From positions 192,001 to 256,000 of the forward strand of contig JBITAJ010000022.1 in the NCBI GenBank assembly GCA_044440125.1: 64,000 bases of DNA. Direction: 5' to 3'. This stretch comes from Sedimentisphaeraceae bacterium JB056 (GTDB lineage Bacteria; Planctomycetota; Phycisphaerae; Sedimentisphaerales; Sedimentisphaeraceae). Under the pieces are notes generated by a model. It did not search any database and had not been told where the DNA came from. It saw nothing but the letters and a program-made list of their open reading frames with translations. The position numbers and the translations under genes were made by a program. Positions 19,101 to 27,915 of this stretch are shown in pieces. Positions within the stretch are counted from its first letter, which is position 1. Each line of letters begins with the position of its first letter.

Positions 19101-20648
19101 GACATCATATGATGAGGAAGGAGCAAACAACTCCTGCGTATAATTCCCAAGATACGTCCCGCTTGAATCAAATTCCGAAACATTAAGCATTACATATGAA
19201 TTAGCACCAGAAATCTTTTTAGAAGCGAACGAAATCGTCAATGTATCTTCAGCCGATACTGACAATCTGCTTGAATCTCTATCCAGTCCATGATCACCGC
19301 CACCTGTCGTAACTTCAATTGAAGCGGCTTTTGAACCGGAATAACTGTCTGTTGATATTGTGAAGTTAGCCGCCGCACCGCTAACAGCAAAATAACGCCA
19401 ATCAGTAAAATCAGACTCAAAACCATTATTTGATACAGTCAATAAAGGATTAGCAATAGCAACTACATCATCAATCAAGTAGTTACCTGTAGTCTTAACA
19501 CCTGAGGAATCAGTAACTCTGAAACCAATATTAACTTGTGTAGTCTGCGAATTTTTAATACTGCACTTCAATTCAAATTTATCGTAACCGGTAGTAACAG
19601 GATTGAAAAGCTCGTCTGAATATGAACTAAGATAATTGCCGCTTGCATCATATTCAGCAACAGTTAACTGTAGTCTTGTATCACCTGTAGAAATCTTCTT
19701 AGCCGCAAATGATACTTTCAATATATCCTGATAAGACACTGCAAGTTTAGCCGTATCTCTATCCAGTCCATGATCGCCAGAAGAAGCATCTGTAACATTC
19801 AGAGAAGCTGCCTTCGTACCTGAAAAGGCATCTGCAGATATCGAGAATACTGCTTCGCTGCCGCCTACCGCAAATGTACGCCAGTTAGTAAAGTCAGACT
19901 CAAAATCACGATTTGAAACTGCAACTATGTCCTCATAACCCAATGCTCCTATCCGATTCACTCTTGAACCAAGATCATCATCAGCGACAAATTCAGCCCG
20001 GAATTTATCAGCAGTAACAGGTGAAGTAAACGTATTCTCAAGATATTTCAGATTACCAAGAGCTCCGCCGCCGTAAGGCACGGTGATACTTGTATCATAA
20101 ACCAATCTATCATAACCACCGGAAGACTTGAATTTATCAGTCAAATCTTCTATGACTGCAAATTGAGGACCGGAAGTGTCATTAACAAGATAATTATACA
20201 TCGAACCCGGCGTATAATCTTTTCTCACCGCAATAGCATTCTCTATCGCAGCGGCCGTCGTAGCAACAAGACTCGTCGAAATCACACCATCAGCACTATC
20301 GCCATCATACAATATAACGCCATCTATCTCATCTTCAAATAACTCAATCAGCTCATCAAGACCAGAAACTTCATAAACCGGCCAATTCTCGCATAGCCCA
20401 TCAGGCTCTACGAGACGTCCAAGCCATAAGTCATCACCACTTTGACAGGTGAGAAAGATACGCGGCGCATCCCTGTTAACCAGCCCCTGCACACAAACCG
20501 CTGTATGAAATGCATCATATTTTTGAGTATAACTCATTGTAGAAGTAACACTCGACAAATCTAAGTGATAGATTGTCGGATACGTGCCTGCAAAAAGGCA
20601 ACCTGTTAAAACTAAAGAAGTAACCAATAACAACCAACTCTTCTTCAT
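16182..20648 (-). CDS. Multidomain GxGYxYP-family protein with inserted CBM modules, an Ig-like domain and two C-terminal bulb-type (B-)lectin domains
   Basis: Start MKKSW (AAGGAG RBS); VQGLVNRDAPRIF, MGDYD and GDSGAGYLNP motifs; TVRNDGWDTW Ig-like domain; QxDGNLxxY repeats. Confidence 0.8.
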   Translation of the reverse strand: MKKSWLLLVTSLVLTGCLFAGTYPTIYHLDLSSVTSTMSYTQKYDAFHTAVCVQGLVNRDAPRIFLTCQSGDDLWLGRLVEPDGLCENWPVYEVSGLDELIELFEDEIDGVILYDGDSADGVISTSLVATTAAAIENAIAVRKDYTPGSMYNYLVNDTSGPQFAVIEDLTDKFKSSGGYDRLVYDTSITVPYGGGALGNLKYLENTFTSPVTADKFRAEFVADDDLGSRVNRIGALGYEDIVAVSNRDFESDFTNWRTFAVGGSEAVFSISADAFSGTKAASLNVTDASSGDHGLDRDTAKLAVSYQDILKVSFAAKKISTGDTRLQLTVAEYDASGNYLSSYSDELFNPVTTGYDKFELKCSIKNSQTTQVNIGFRVTDSSGVKTTGNYLIDDVVAIANPLLTVSNNGFESDFTDWRYFAVSGAAANFTISTDSYSGSKAASIEVTTGGGDHGLDRDSSRLSVSAEDTLTISFASKKISGANSYVMLNVSEFDSSGTYLGNYTQELFAPSSSYDVYTHQHHIANSDTAYVNIAFRITDASLARIQGEYLIDDVQVNVESHPVLWDSTSVTVSSSSPDISGYGIANAFTGDDYSSKTIFQSGNDRLYTVEWSCSSDVTLYSVYFMLEHDNSATYDRAVNHFTLKADTVNSSKVWQTSVASTGSAKCDAYIWAVENYLSQGLCDPTTLSYTLDLWGCSSSISLKNQLSNLDYAIMKKGFCFELSPWGDEAPNDDTSQTVGTDLDTFKTIIDECNTQTGKTEMIKVCGFPNWDQKYTSEVGGSHDPVPTEWEFAELLSAYNAYMEGDALSLSYVSNCSFYNGLNPAVKARRHIQNPAPTYDDMVSRGLIDSNGNVVAGNYILMYMGDYDQASWTLYWLAGDRYDDSNRGNLACSWALTPNTSDRVSVAYEYMYRNKTDRDYFIAGDSGAGYLNPGLLHGTRAPSYYPSAVSIWQKHCKEYYRQWDYSITGWLLNGNAPTMTTTDAANYQCFSPDGIGMGIDTNTSYQFLSGNSPAITRSGPDNPDELSDMINYSSGVHFAWYRTILYSPTGLKTLQDSCASSGNNHQFLDAYTFYYLLRYYLGGNNNYRATWVNDTVPRVLANGDTYNATVTVRNDGWDTWSESNNYRLSYAIVPKGTEPDGSDYDANGRFYITGTVAPGESYDFSVSIDSPTTNGNYDIYIDMVRDGVTWFRSANNIEWRGDVIVATDQDDIDTDGDGFSDMQEIRRETLYWHPDDDPREEVVIGNNEYLTDGQYVVAADSESFVYMQGDGNLAVYKGSSPANNQGLIWSSDSSDTTDDYYLKMQNDGNLVIYRGVYPQNLGVLWTSYTSDATDTYYLTLTTDGVLKAYMGTVGSGEKVWASDDDKIVLFDGEYLEDNYYETSTKSKSFVKMQDDGNLVVYEGSSPYDIQGVIWNSDSAGTTDDYYLKMQDDGNLVIYKGTPPSGNNGVPWQSNTSGTTGDYYLTLSDSGILRIYNGTLRDNILIWDSK

Positions 20649-20782
20649 GACTTGCTCCTTAAAAAATATAGTACCAAACAACTTAAAAGTGTCTTTTGTT
20701 GTTAGAGCAAAGCTGCATATCTTAAACACTAAATACGATCTAACCTTAAATACTGATAATCATGAATACTTTATCAGTCGAT

Positions 20783-22747
20783 TTATTCAGCATCTTCATA
20801 GTAATTTGTCTTTGGAAGGTTTCGATACCAGAACCAGTACATACCAGCTAATGATACAATAAATATAGTAAGAGTGACAAAGAAACTATTATATGACTTA
20901 ACCATCAACTGCATCGGAAGCAGGAAAAGCGTTATCTGCCATCCAAGAGCAAAAGGAAGAGAGACAATATCATTAAAATGTTCTTTCTTAATCTTCACTC
21001 TCTCTTTTTCATTGAAGAGATTGATATACTTGCCCCAGAAACCAAACGGACGTGTTGTGCGATAGAAGTTTTCTACTATTTCATCATCTGTCGGTTTGGT
21101 AAGGAAAGTTCCAATTATCGACCCAACAAGGCCGATAGCAAGCATCACAACAAACTGCATTCTTTCATCCATAGCAGGATAAGCCAACCTCTGCACCACG
21201 GCACCAATCATTCCTGCCGCCGTACCTATCGCAAAACCACCGCCATTAAATCGCCACCAATAAAGTCTTAGGATACCTGGAATGAGCAAACCGCCGCCAA
21301 AACTCATTACAATCCAACCCCATATATCGTTGATACTCTCAACAGAATATGCAAAAAGAAATCCAAGAACAACTATAACGACAATAAACGCCCAGCTAAG
21401 AGATATCAATTCTCTATTGCTTGCTTTAGGTCTTATGTATCGCTGGTAGATATCGTTGGTGAAGAAACCTGTAGCCATATTTACTGTTGTATCGAAAGTT
21501 GACATACAAGCCGCTAAGAGAGCTACAAGAATCATACCTCTGAGCCCCATAGGGATTGTCATCATAACAACTGAAGGTAATATACGCTCAGGATTAACAG
21601 TACCATCAAAACTGATAAGATGCAGTTTTGAAATCCACTGCGAACCAAGCATATTTTTTAATCCCTCGACAAGCTCTGTAGGATATTGAAGAGGATTGTT
21701 TATAATACCGCTTATCACAGTAGCCCACTCACTTTTTGCGATCTCTCCGCAATGCGTTTTTATAAGCATAGCAGCCTCTGCCATAACCGTCTGATCGGGA
21801 AACAAATCTTTGACAAGAAAAATACCGAGTATTGCGTAGGCAAGCATCATTGGCCACCGGAACATAACGCAAAATATCGTCAAGAATGTCAGCGTGCCGC
21901 ATTCCCTGTCATTCTTAGCTCCAAAATATTTAGGCTCTGCTCCTCCACCCATGCCGCCGAAAATATTCCTAAGTAGGTAAAACATCGCAAACATCATAAG
22001 ATGACTATAACATTCATAGCCTGCCGGCATATCTGTCTTCCAGTGCGGAGCAGAAGATATCCACTGGTTATTGCCTGTAACATCAGCCGCTATAGCTGCG
22101 AGAGACTGCTGATCAGTAACCTTATTGAAAGCCATCATGGTAAGAAGTATTACCGATATTATTACAATTCCCGACTGGAATATATCCGTAAACACTACGC
22201 CGTAAAAGCCCGATGCCATAGTATAAATAGAAGCAACGGCAATGAGAATCAAAGCACAAGTGAAAGGACTGAAAGGAAGAAACATTGAGAGAAACAGTCC
22301 GATTCCTTTTATCATATACGCAAGCATACCAACTGTTGAAAGAATAGCGGCTACTGCTGAAATGATTCTGGCGAACTGTCCGCCAAAGCCATTACCAAAA
22401 CGGAAGGCCATCCATTGAGCTCCTGTAATACACTGGCTTCTTCTATGCCATTTTCCAACCCAAAGCAAAGCGACAGCCGCAACAAGCACAGCTCCGCCTC
22501 GGAACTCAATAAACAACCCGCGAGGGCCAAGCATAAACAGGAAAGATGTTATTATCATTGTTCCTGTAACATCAAGCCAACTCGCCATACCGGAAATACC
22601 CAATGCCCACCAAGGCAGACTGCGGCCGCCGATAAAATAATCTTCCATGCTCGCAGAAGCCTTCTTCTGCAAGTAGACGCCCATACCTATCAAGATGCTG
22701 AAATAAATTACAATAACCGTATAGTCAACGTTGTTGAGATAATTCAA
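20783..22747 (-). CDS. Sodium:solute symporter (SSS) family transporter
   Basis: DYFIGGRSLPWWALGIS and GLRGMILVALLAACMSTFDT motifs; many TM segments; TTG start. Confidence 0.9.
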   Translation of the reverse strand: MNYLNNVDYTVIVIYFSILIGMGVYLQKKASASMEDYFIGGRSLPWWALGISGMASWLDVTGTMIITSFLFMLGPRGLFIEFRGGAVLVAAVALLWVGKWHRRSQCITGAQWMAFRFGNGFGGQFARIISAVAAILSTVGMLAYMIKGIGLFLSMFLPFSPFTCALILIAVASIYTMASGFYGVVFTDIFQSGIVIISVILLTMMAFNKVTDQQSLAAIAADVTGNNQWISSAPHWKTDMPAGYECYSHLMMFAMFYLLRNIFGGMGGGAEPKYFGAKNDRECGTLTFLTIFCVMFRWPMMLAYAILGIFLVKDLFPDQTVMAEAAMLIKTHCGEIAKSEWATVISGIINNPLQYPTELVEGLKNMLGSQWISKLHLISFDGTVNPERILPSVVMMTIPMGLRGMILVALLAACMSTFDTTVNMATGFFTNDIYQRYIRPKASNRELISLSWAFIVVIVVLGFLFAYSVESINDIWGWIVMSFGGGLLIPGILRLYWWRFNGGGFAIGTAAGMIGAVVQRLAYPAMDERMQFVVMLAIGLVGSIIGTFLTKPTDDEIVENFYRTTRPFGFWGKYINLFNEKERVKIKKEHFNDIVSLPFALGWQITLFLLPMQLMVKSYNSFFVTLTIFIVSLAGMYWFWYRNLPKTNYYEDAE

Positions 22748-22847
22748 AATTCACCTGCTATATATCTGTAGATTATTAATAAGATTTTGACTCCAATGCC
22801 AAACACATTGGCAACTGAGATAAGATGTCCAACTACTTCTAATTGAA

Positions 22848-24371
22848 CTATTCTGTCGGATACCTGCCCTGCCACGACATATAATCAATAGTATCAAGAC
22901 ACGGAGTATTTTCATCCCACGCTATCAACTTCTCTCTTAATTCTTTCGCCAACTCAGTCTGAACATTCTGATCAACCAGATTGTTCTGCTGGTACTGATC
23001 TTTCGTTAAATCGTAAAACAAATGCTTATCATTTTCGATTCCCTTCTTCTTATCCAGACGCATTTCTACACCATACAAATGCGTTGGAGTACGAATGCCA
23101 AGCTCCGCAAACGGAGTTTCAATAAATGCATAATTATTTTCCAGACACTCCTTCTCAGCAGTTCCCAAAAGAAAAGACGCCATACTTCTTCCCTGAACCG
23201 AACCGGGTATTTCGCCTCCACATAACTCAAGCAATGTCGGCATAACATCTATCAAAGAAGTAATCTGCTTGTCGTTAGTATCATGTTTAACGGCAGCCAG
23301 CCATCTGTATATCATAGGCACACGTATCGCCTCTTCATAAAGGCAATCTTTATTCCATCTGTGATGACTGCCCAGCATATCGCCATGATCTGAAACAAAT
23401 AATACAATCGTATCCTCTTCAAGCCCGTTTTCTTTCAATGACTTCAAAACCTCTCCCACGATGTCATCAACCCAGCTTACGGCACCATAATATAAGGCTG
23501 TAAGATCTTTAACCGTAAAATCAGGAGTAGCTTTTGCCGTTATCGGCTTTGTCTCCGCGTTATAGAAAGTCTGCCACATGTAGATATTGAACCACACCTC
23601 ACTGACACCAAGCTTGCCATCTTTCCACACATTATCCCTTAGAGGCACTCTATCAGGATTGTACATGTGTGAATATTTGTAAGGCACATCAAGCAAAGGC
23701 ATATGAGGAGCTATTATATTGTAATAGAGAAAAAACGGCTGCTCTTTATTATCACTGAAAAAAGTTCTTGCACTACTGATTTCGTAATCAGGACTAAATC
23801 CCTGCACTCTGAATTCTTCGCCCTCATTCTCAAAAAAACTCGCCCGGCTGAAGATATCGCCTGCAATAAGACTTTCATCAAAACCAAACAGCGAAGGCCG
23901 CGTATCAACGTGCCATTTTCCAATAAGAGATGTTTTGTAACCAAGCTTCTTAAATTCTTCAGGCAGTGTTGAATCTGGGAACTTACTTCTGTCACTTCTG
24001 CCGAAATGCATATTTTCTGTCATTTCGTTACATCTTGATCCAACACATGTTCGTGCATACTGCCCTGAAAGCAAATTCGAACGACCCGGTACACAAACAG
24101 GGCTATTCGTAACTGCCTGCCCGAAAAGAAAACCTTCCTTTGCAAGCTTGTCAATATTAGGTGTTTTGATAGATTTATTACCATAACAGCCAAGAGAAAA
24201 ACTTCTCAACTGATCACAGCATATTAAAACAACATTGGGCTTTTTTCTGTTATTCATTCCTTTTACAGGCTCTTTCACCGTTTCTGCATGTGCAAAGGTA
24301 TTCATTGAACTAAGAGTTAGAGCGGCACCGGCTGTTGACTTCATAAATTGTCGTCTGTGAATATTAGTCAC
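22848..24371 (-). CDS. Cys-type formylglycine-dependent sulfatase, Tat-exported
   Basis: RRQFMK Tat motif; PNVVLICCDQLR, CVPGR (CxPxR), GKWH and SDHG motifs. Confidence 0.92.
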   Translation of the reverse strand: MTNIHRRQFMKSTAGAALTLSSMNTFAHAETVKEPVKGMNNRKKPNVVLICCDQLRSFSLGCYGNKSIKTPNIDKLAKEGFLFGQAVTNSPVCVPGRSNLLSGQYARTCVGSRCNEMTENMHFGRSDRSKFPDSTLPEEFKKLGYKTSLIGKWHVDTRPSLFGFDESLIAGDIFSRASFFENEGEEFRVQGFSPDYEISSARTFFSDNKEQPFFLYYNIIAPHMPLLDVPYKYSHMYNPDRVPLRDNVWKDGKLGVSEVWFNIYMWQTFYNAETKPITAKATPDFTVKDLTALYYGAVSWVDDIVGEVLKSLKENGLEEDTIVLFVSDHGDMLGSHHRWNKDCLYEEAIRVPMIYRWLAAVKHDTNDKQITSLIDVMPTLLELCGGEIPGSVQGRSMASFLLGTAEKECLENNYAFIETPFAELGIRTPTHLYGVEMRLDKKKGIENDKHLFYDLTKDQYQQNNLVDQNVQTELAKELREKLIAWDENTPCLDTIDYMSWQGRYPTE

Positions 24372-24424
24372 ATCTTTCTCCGTAAATAATCTCTCGAACT
24401 TATCAACAACAGAAGAAACGAATC

Positions 24425-25258
24425 TTACCAGAAAGTAGTATCATTACCAGTTGAAGGCCTGTTACCTACAGAAAATACCTGCCTTACATCTTCATCGCAC
24501 TGGTTCATCAATTCTACATCAAAATCGGAACCCTTTTTCCATTCGACAGCCCCATCACCATAAAGCTCACTGGCACCGGCAATATCAGGTTCTCCGGTAA
24601 CAACATTTTTACCAAATCTATCATCATGAACAGAACTGCTGTTGTTACCATGGTTATACCACCATGAGCCATCAACTCTCCATCGGTAAATATTATCCGC
24701 CATCAGCAATTTGTCACTTGATAAATTCTTTGCAGTAAGTTCCTGAGGCTCTGTGGAGTAATCACTCCATTTATCAGCTCTGGCAAAATATGAATAACAT
24801 ATTGGAAACCATATATTATTAAGCTGATCAGGAGAAGCATTCTTATATCCTGACCACAGATCAAAAAGCTTTTCAGCATCAATAGAGCTTTCAGGACATA
24901 TCCATGCGGGGCTCATCTCTTCCCTGTCAAGATCAAACCCCGGCAAATAAGGCGCAATAGCTTCCATATTCATCTGGCCTTCCCAGGGAGTAGCGTTGTT
25001 TGCAACAAGAAGCATAGCACCGGGAACAATTCCACCAAGCTTACCTTGTGGTCTATATGAGCTTAACAACTTTGAGTTATTATCCGAAGAATGCGATGTT
25101 ATAGCAATACCCCAGTTGTGAAGATTAGACGAGCATATAGCTCTTTTTGCTTGCTTGCGTACCTTTGTCAGTGCCGGCATAAGTATGCTCATAAGCACTG
25201 CTATGATTGATATTACAACCAACAGTTCTATCAATGTGAAAGCTTTATTCTTTTTCAT
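24425..25258 (-). CDS. Prepilin-type N-terminal cleavage/methylation domain protein (planctomycete DUF1559-like class)
   Basis: [25 protein letters not shown]...C.SNL; degenerate C-terminal YGDGAVEW motif. Confidence 0.85.
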   Translation of the reverse strand: MKKNKAFTLIELLVVISIIAVLMSILMPALTKVRKQAKRAICSSNLHNWGIAITSHSSDNNSKLLSSYRPQGKLGGIVPGAMLLVANNATPWEGQMNMEAIAPYLPGFDLDREEMSPAWICPESSIDAEKLFDLWSGYKNASPDQLNNIWFPICYSYFARADKWSDYSTEPQELTAKNLSSDKLLMADNIYRWRVDGSWWYNHGNNSSSVHDDRFGKNVVTGEPDIAGASELYGDGAVEWKKGSDFDVELMNQCDEDVRQVFSVGNRPSTGNDTTFW

Positions 25259-25283
25259 AATTAAACCTCATTAATTAGTGTTT

Positions 25284-27803
25284 TTAATCTTGCCAACATT
25301 CAATATTTTCAGGATCATTGCACGAAAGCCATTGGCCGGCAATAATCATATAATCATTAAAATCAATAACCCCCTCGGCGTCTGAGCTAAGCCACAGAGA
25401 TGCCAATTTCCTCAAGTCATAAATATCGATATAACAATCTGCTATACCTTCAACGCCGCTTATATCAGCAATCATGTAGCCGACATCACCGCAACTTCCG
25501 TCAAACGGATACCAAGGCAGCAAACCATTATTCATCTCAACTATATCACAGATACCATCATTATCAGTGTCAACAGAATATTTGTCTGCAACAACTTTAA
25601 CCGGCATCTTCCATTCAAGATTATTCCTCTCACGGAACCATGTTACACCATCCCTGACCAAATCGTAATAGAGATCATAGTCTCCTGCCTGCGACGGTGC
25701 AGCAATATCAACATTGAATGTTACACTCTGACCGGTAGAAACGGTAACACCATTATCAATATAGAATCTGCCTCGTATATCGAAATCACTATGAACCGGC
25801 TCGGTGCCACTGGGAACTATTGCGTAAGCAAACCTGTAATTCAAATCTTCAGACCATGTATCCCATCCATCATTTCTGACAGTTATCTGAGATGGATAAG
25901 TCTGAGATGTTTCAAGAATAGCCGGGATATCATCTCCAACCCATGCAGTTCTATAATCATTGTTACCGCCAAGATAATACCTCAACAGATAATAATAGGT
26001 ATAAGCATCAACAAACTTATAGTCATTACCAAGAGTTGCACACTCATCTTCAAGATCTTTAAGTTTCTGCGGATAAAGCAATATACTTCTGTACCATGCA
26101 AAATTAACACCGCTACCGCTTGTAAGACCTAATGCTGAAGCTGAAATACTGTGATTATAAAGATCGGGTCCATTTCTCTGAATCACTGGCACATTGTCGT
26201 AAACAACAGCATTATCCAGATCATCATTAAAACCGATACCATCACCGCTGAACTTCTTAAATGTATCAACATCTGTCATGCTTAGCGTGCCACTGGCTCC
26301 GTTAAGTATCCATCCGCTTATAGAATAATCGAGCATGCGATAATATTTTTCGCAATGTTTCTTCCATATTTCTCTGCCGTCTGCATAACCCGAAGGCCAC
26401 CTGTCGCCGTACAGCTGGGTAGGCTGAACATAACCGGCACCAGAATCTCCGGCAATAAATACATCTTTATCGCTCTTATTACGATACATATAATCAAAAG
26501 TAACACCAACTCTGTCTATTGAATTTGGAGTAAGTGCCCAACTGCACGGAACCTGCCCTCTTGCAGGATCATCGTAGCGGTCGCCGCCAAGCCAGTAAAG
26601 CATCCATGATGCCTGATCGTAATCACCCATATATATCATTATATAGTTGTTATCAACCACGCTTCCATTGGCATCGATATACCCCTTATCAACCATATCC
26701 TGATAACTTGGCGGACTGTTCTGGATATATCGTCTGGATTTAACAACAGGCTCAAGAGCATTGTAAAATGAAGTATTGCTTACATAGCTAAGCCCCAGTG
26801 CATCGCCTTCCATATAAGAATTATATGCAGTTATCAATTGCACGGTTCTCCATTCAGTAGCAACACCGCCATGACTTCCGCCGACTTCATCAGTATATTT
26901 ATAAGCCCAGTTGTTAAAGCCGCAGAATTTTATCATTTCAGAATAATTATTATTCTGGTTACATTCATCAAGTATTGTCCTAAATGTCTCAAAATCAGTA
27001 CCCAGAGGCTGAGTTGGATCATCATTAGGAATCTCATCCTCCCAAGGAGAGAGTTCGAAGCATACCGCCTTCTCACTGAAGGCATAATCAAGATTTCTTA
27101 ATTGTGCATGATCTATAGCAACCTCTTCCTTCATACCCCAGAGATCCATCGTGTGCACTATTTTAGTAGTATCGAGCTGTCCTGCCTTTACATAGTTTTC
27201 AATAAGCCATATATAGGCATCACATTTCGCACTGCCAGTTGATGCAACAGAAGTACCCCATATAGTACCGCTGCCATTAAATTTACCACTCAAATCCATA
27301 ATAATCGGAAGCTGAGGACTTGTTGAATTACTTATCAGCATCCTATATATGCCGCTTGTAGGCTCATTTCTAAGAGCTATGCAATCCTCTGCAGATGCGG
27401 CTGATGTTGCGACCAAACTCGTAGAAATCACACCTGTATCCGGAGATTTATCATAAAGAATCACACCATCAGCATACTGTGAAAATCTGTCTATATATTC
27501 CGATATATTGTTAATCGTCTGAACATTCCATCCTTCACACAATCCCCCAGTTTCAACCAATCTGTCAAGCCAAAGCTGATCATCATCATCAAACACGAGA
27601 AATACCCTTGGAGCTTCTCTGTTTGCCAATCCCTGCAGTCCTACTGCCATATGAAAAGTATCGTACTGCAGCTCTCTCGACCAGCTATATGCAAATCGAA
27701 GATCCCACTTATAAATCGTAGGCTTATTAACGGCATATCCAATCTGCACCAACAGCAGAGTAATAAATACCATTAAATATTTCTTTGATTTTTCATTAAA
27801 CAT
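25284..27803 (-). CDS. GxGYxYP-family protein with an Ig-like domain and a C-terminal dockerin-like module
   Basis: LQGLANREAPRVF, STGSAKCDAY, MGDYD and GDSGAGYVQP motifs; C-terminal DCYIDIYDLRKLASLWL...IDFNDYMIIAGQWL. Confidence 0.8.
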   Translation of the reverse strand: MFNEKSKKYLMVFITLLLVQIGYAVNKPTIYKWDLRFAYSWSRELQYDTFHMAVGLQGLANREAPRVFLVFDDDDQLWLDRLVETGGLCEGWNVQTINNISEYIDRFSQYADGVILYDKSPDTGVISTSLVATSAASAEDCIALRNEPTSGIYRMLISNSTSPQLPIIMDLSGKFNGSGTIWGTSVASTGSAKCDAYIWLIENYVKAGQLDTTKIVHTMDLWGMKEEVAIDHAQLRNLDYAFSEKAVCFELSPWEDEIPNDDPTQPLGTDFETFRTILDECNQNNNYSEMIKFCGFNNWAYKYTDEVGGSHGGVATEWRTVQLITAYNSYMEGDALGLSYVSNTSFYNALEPVVKSRRYIQNSPPSYQDMVDKGYIDANGSVVDNNYIMIYMGDYDQASWMLYWLGGDRYDDPARGQVPCSWALTPNSIDRVGVTFDYMYRNKSDKDVFIAGDSGAGYVQPTQLYGDRWPSGYADGREIWKKHCEKYYRMLDYSISGWILNGASGTLSMTDVDTFKKFSGDGIGFNDDLDNAVVYDNVPVIQRNGPDLYNHSISASALGLTSGSGVNFAWYRSILLYPQKLKDLEDECATLGNDYKFVDAYTYYYLLRYYLGGNNDYRTAWVGDDIPAILETSQTYPSQITVRNDGWDTWSEDLNYRFAYAIVPSGTEPVHSDFDIRGRFYIDNGVTVSTGQSVTFNVDIAAPSQAGDYDLYYDLVRDGVTWFRERNNLEWKMPVKVVADKYSVDTDNDGICDIVEMNNGLLPWYPFDGSCGDVGYMIADISGVEGIADCYIDIYDLRKLASLWLSSDAEGVIDFNDYMIIAGQWLSCNDPENIECWQD

Positions 27804-27837
27804 ACGACACCATCAAATTATAGTTATTTTTTATTAA

Positions 27838-27896
27838 AGTTCGCAGTTCGCAGTAAAACAACAGCTATAGCCCCTATTTACCACGAACTACGAACT
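27838..27896 (-). repeat. 20-bp inverted repeat (RNA stem-loop) built from 7-bp units
   Basis: AGTTCGCAGTTCGCAGTAAA (27838-27857) / TTTACCACGAACTACGAACT (27877-27896); all three mismatches become G-U pairs on the minus strand. Confidence 0.85.
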
Positions 27897-27915
27897 GATT
27901 ATCGATTACTAAATA

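Noticed and set aside
22793..22813. TGCCAA-N5-TTGGCA palindrome upstream of the SSS gene
   Set aside because: Only 6-bp arms and not seen in other intergenic regions of the locus; could be chance
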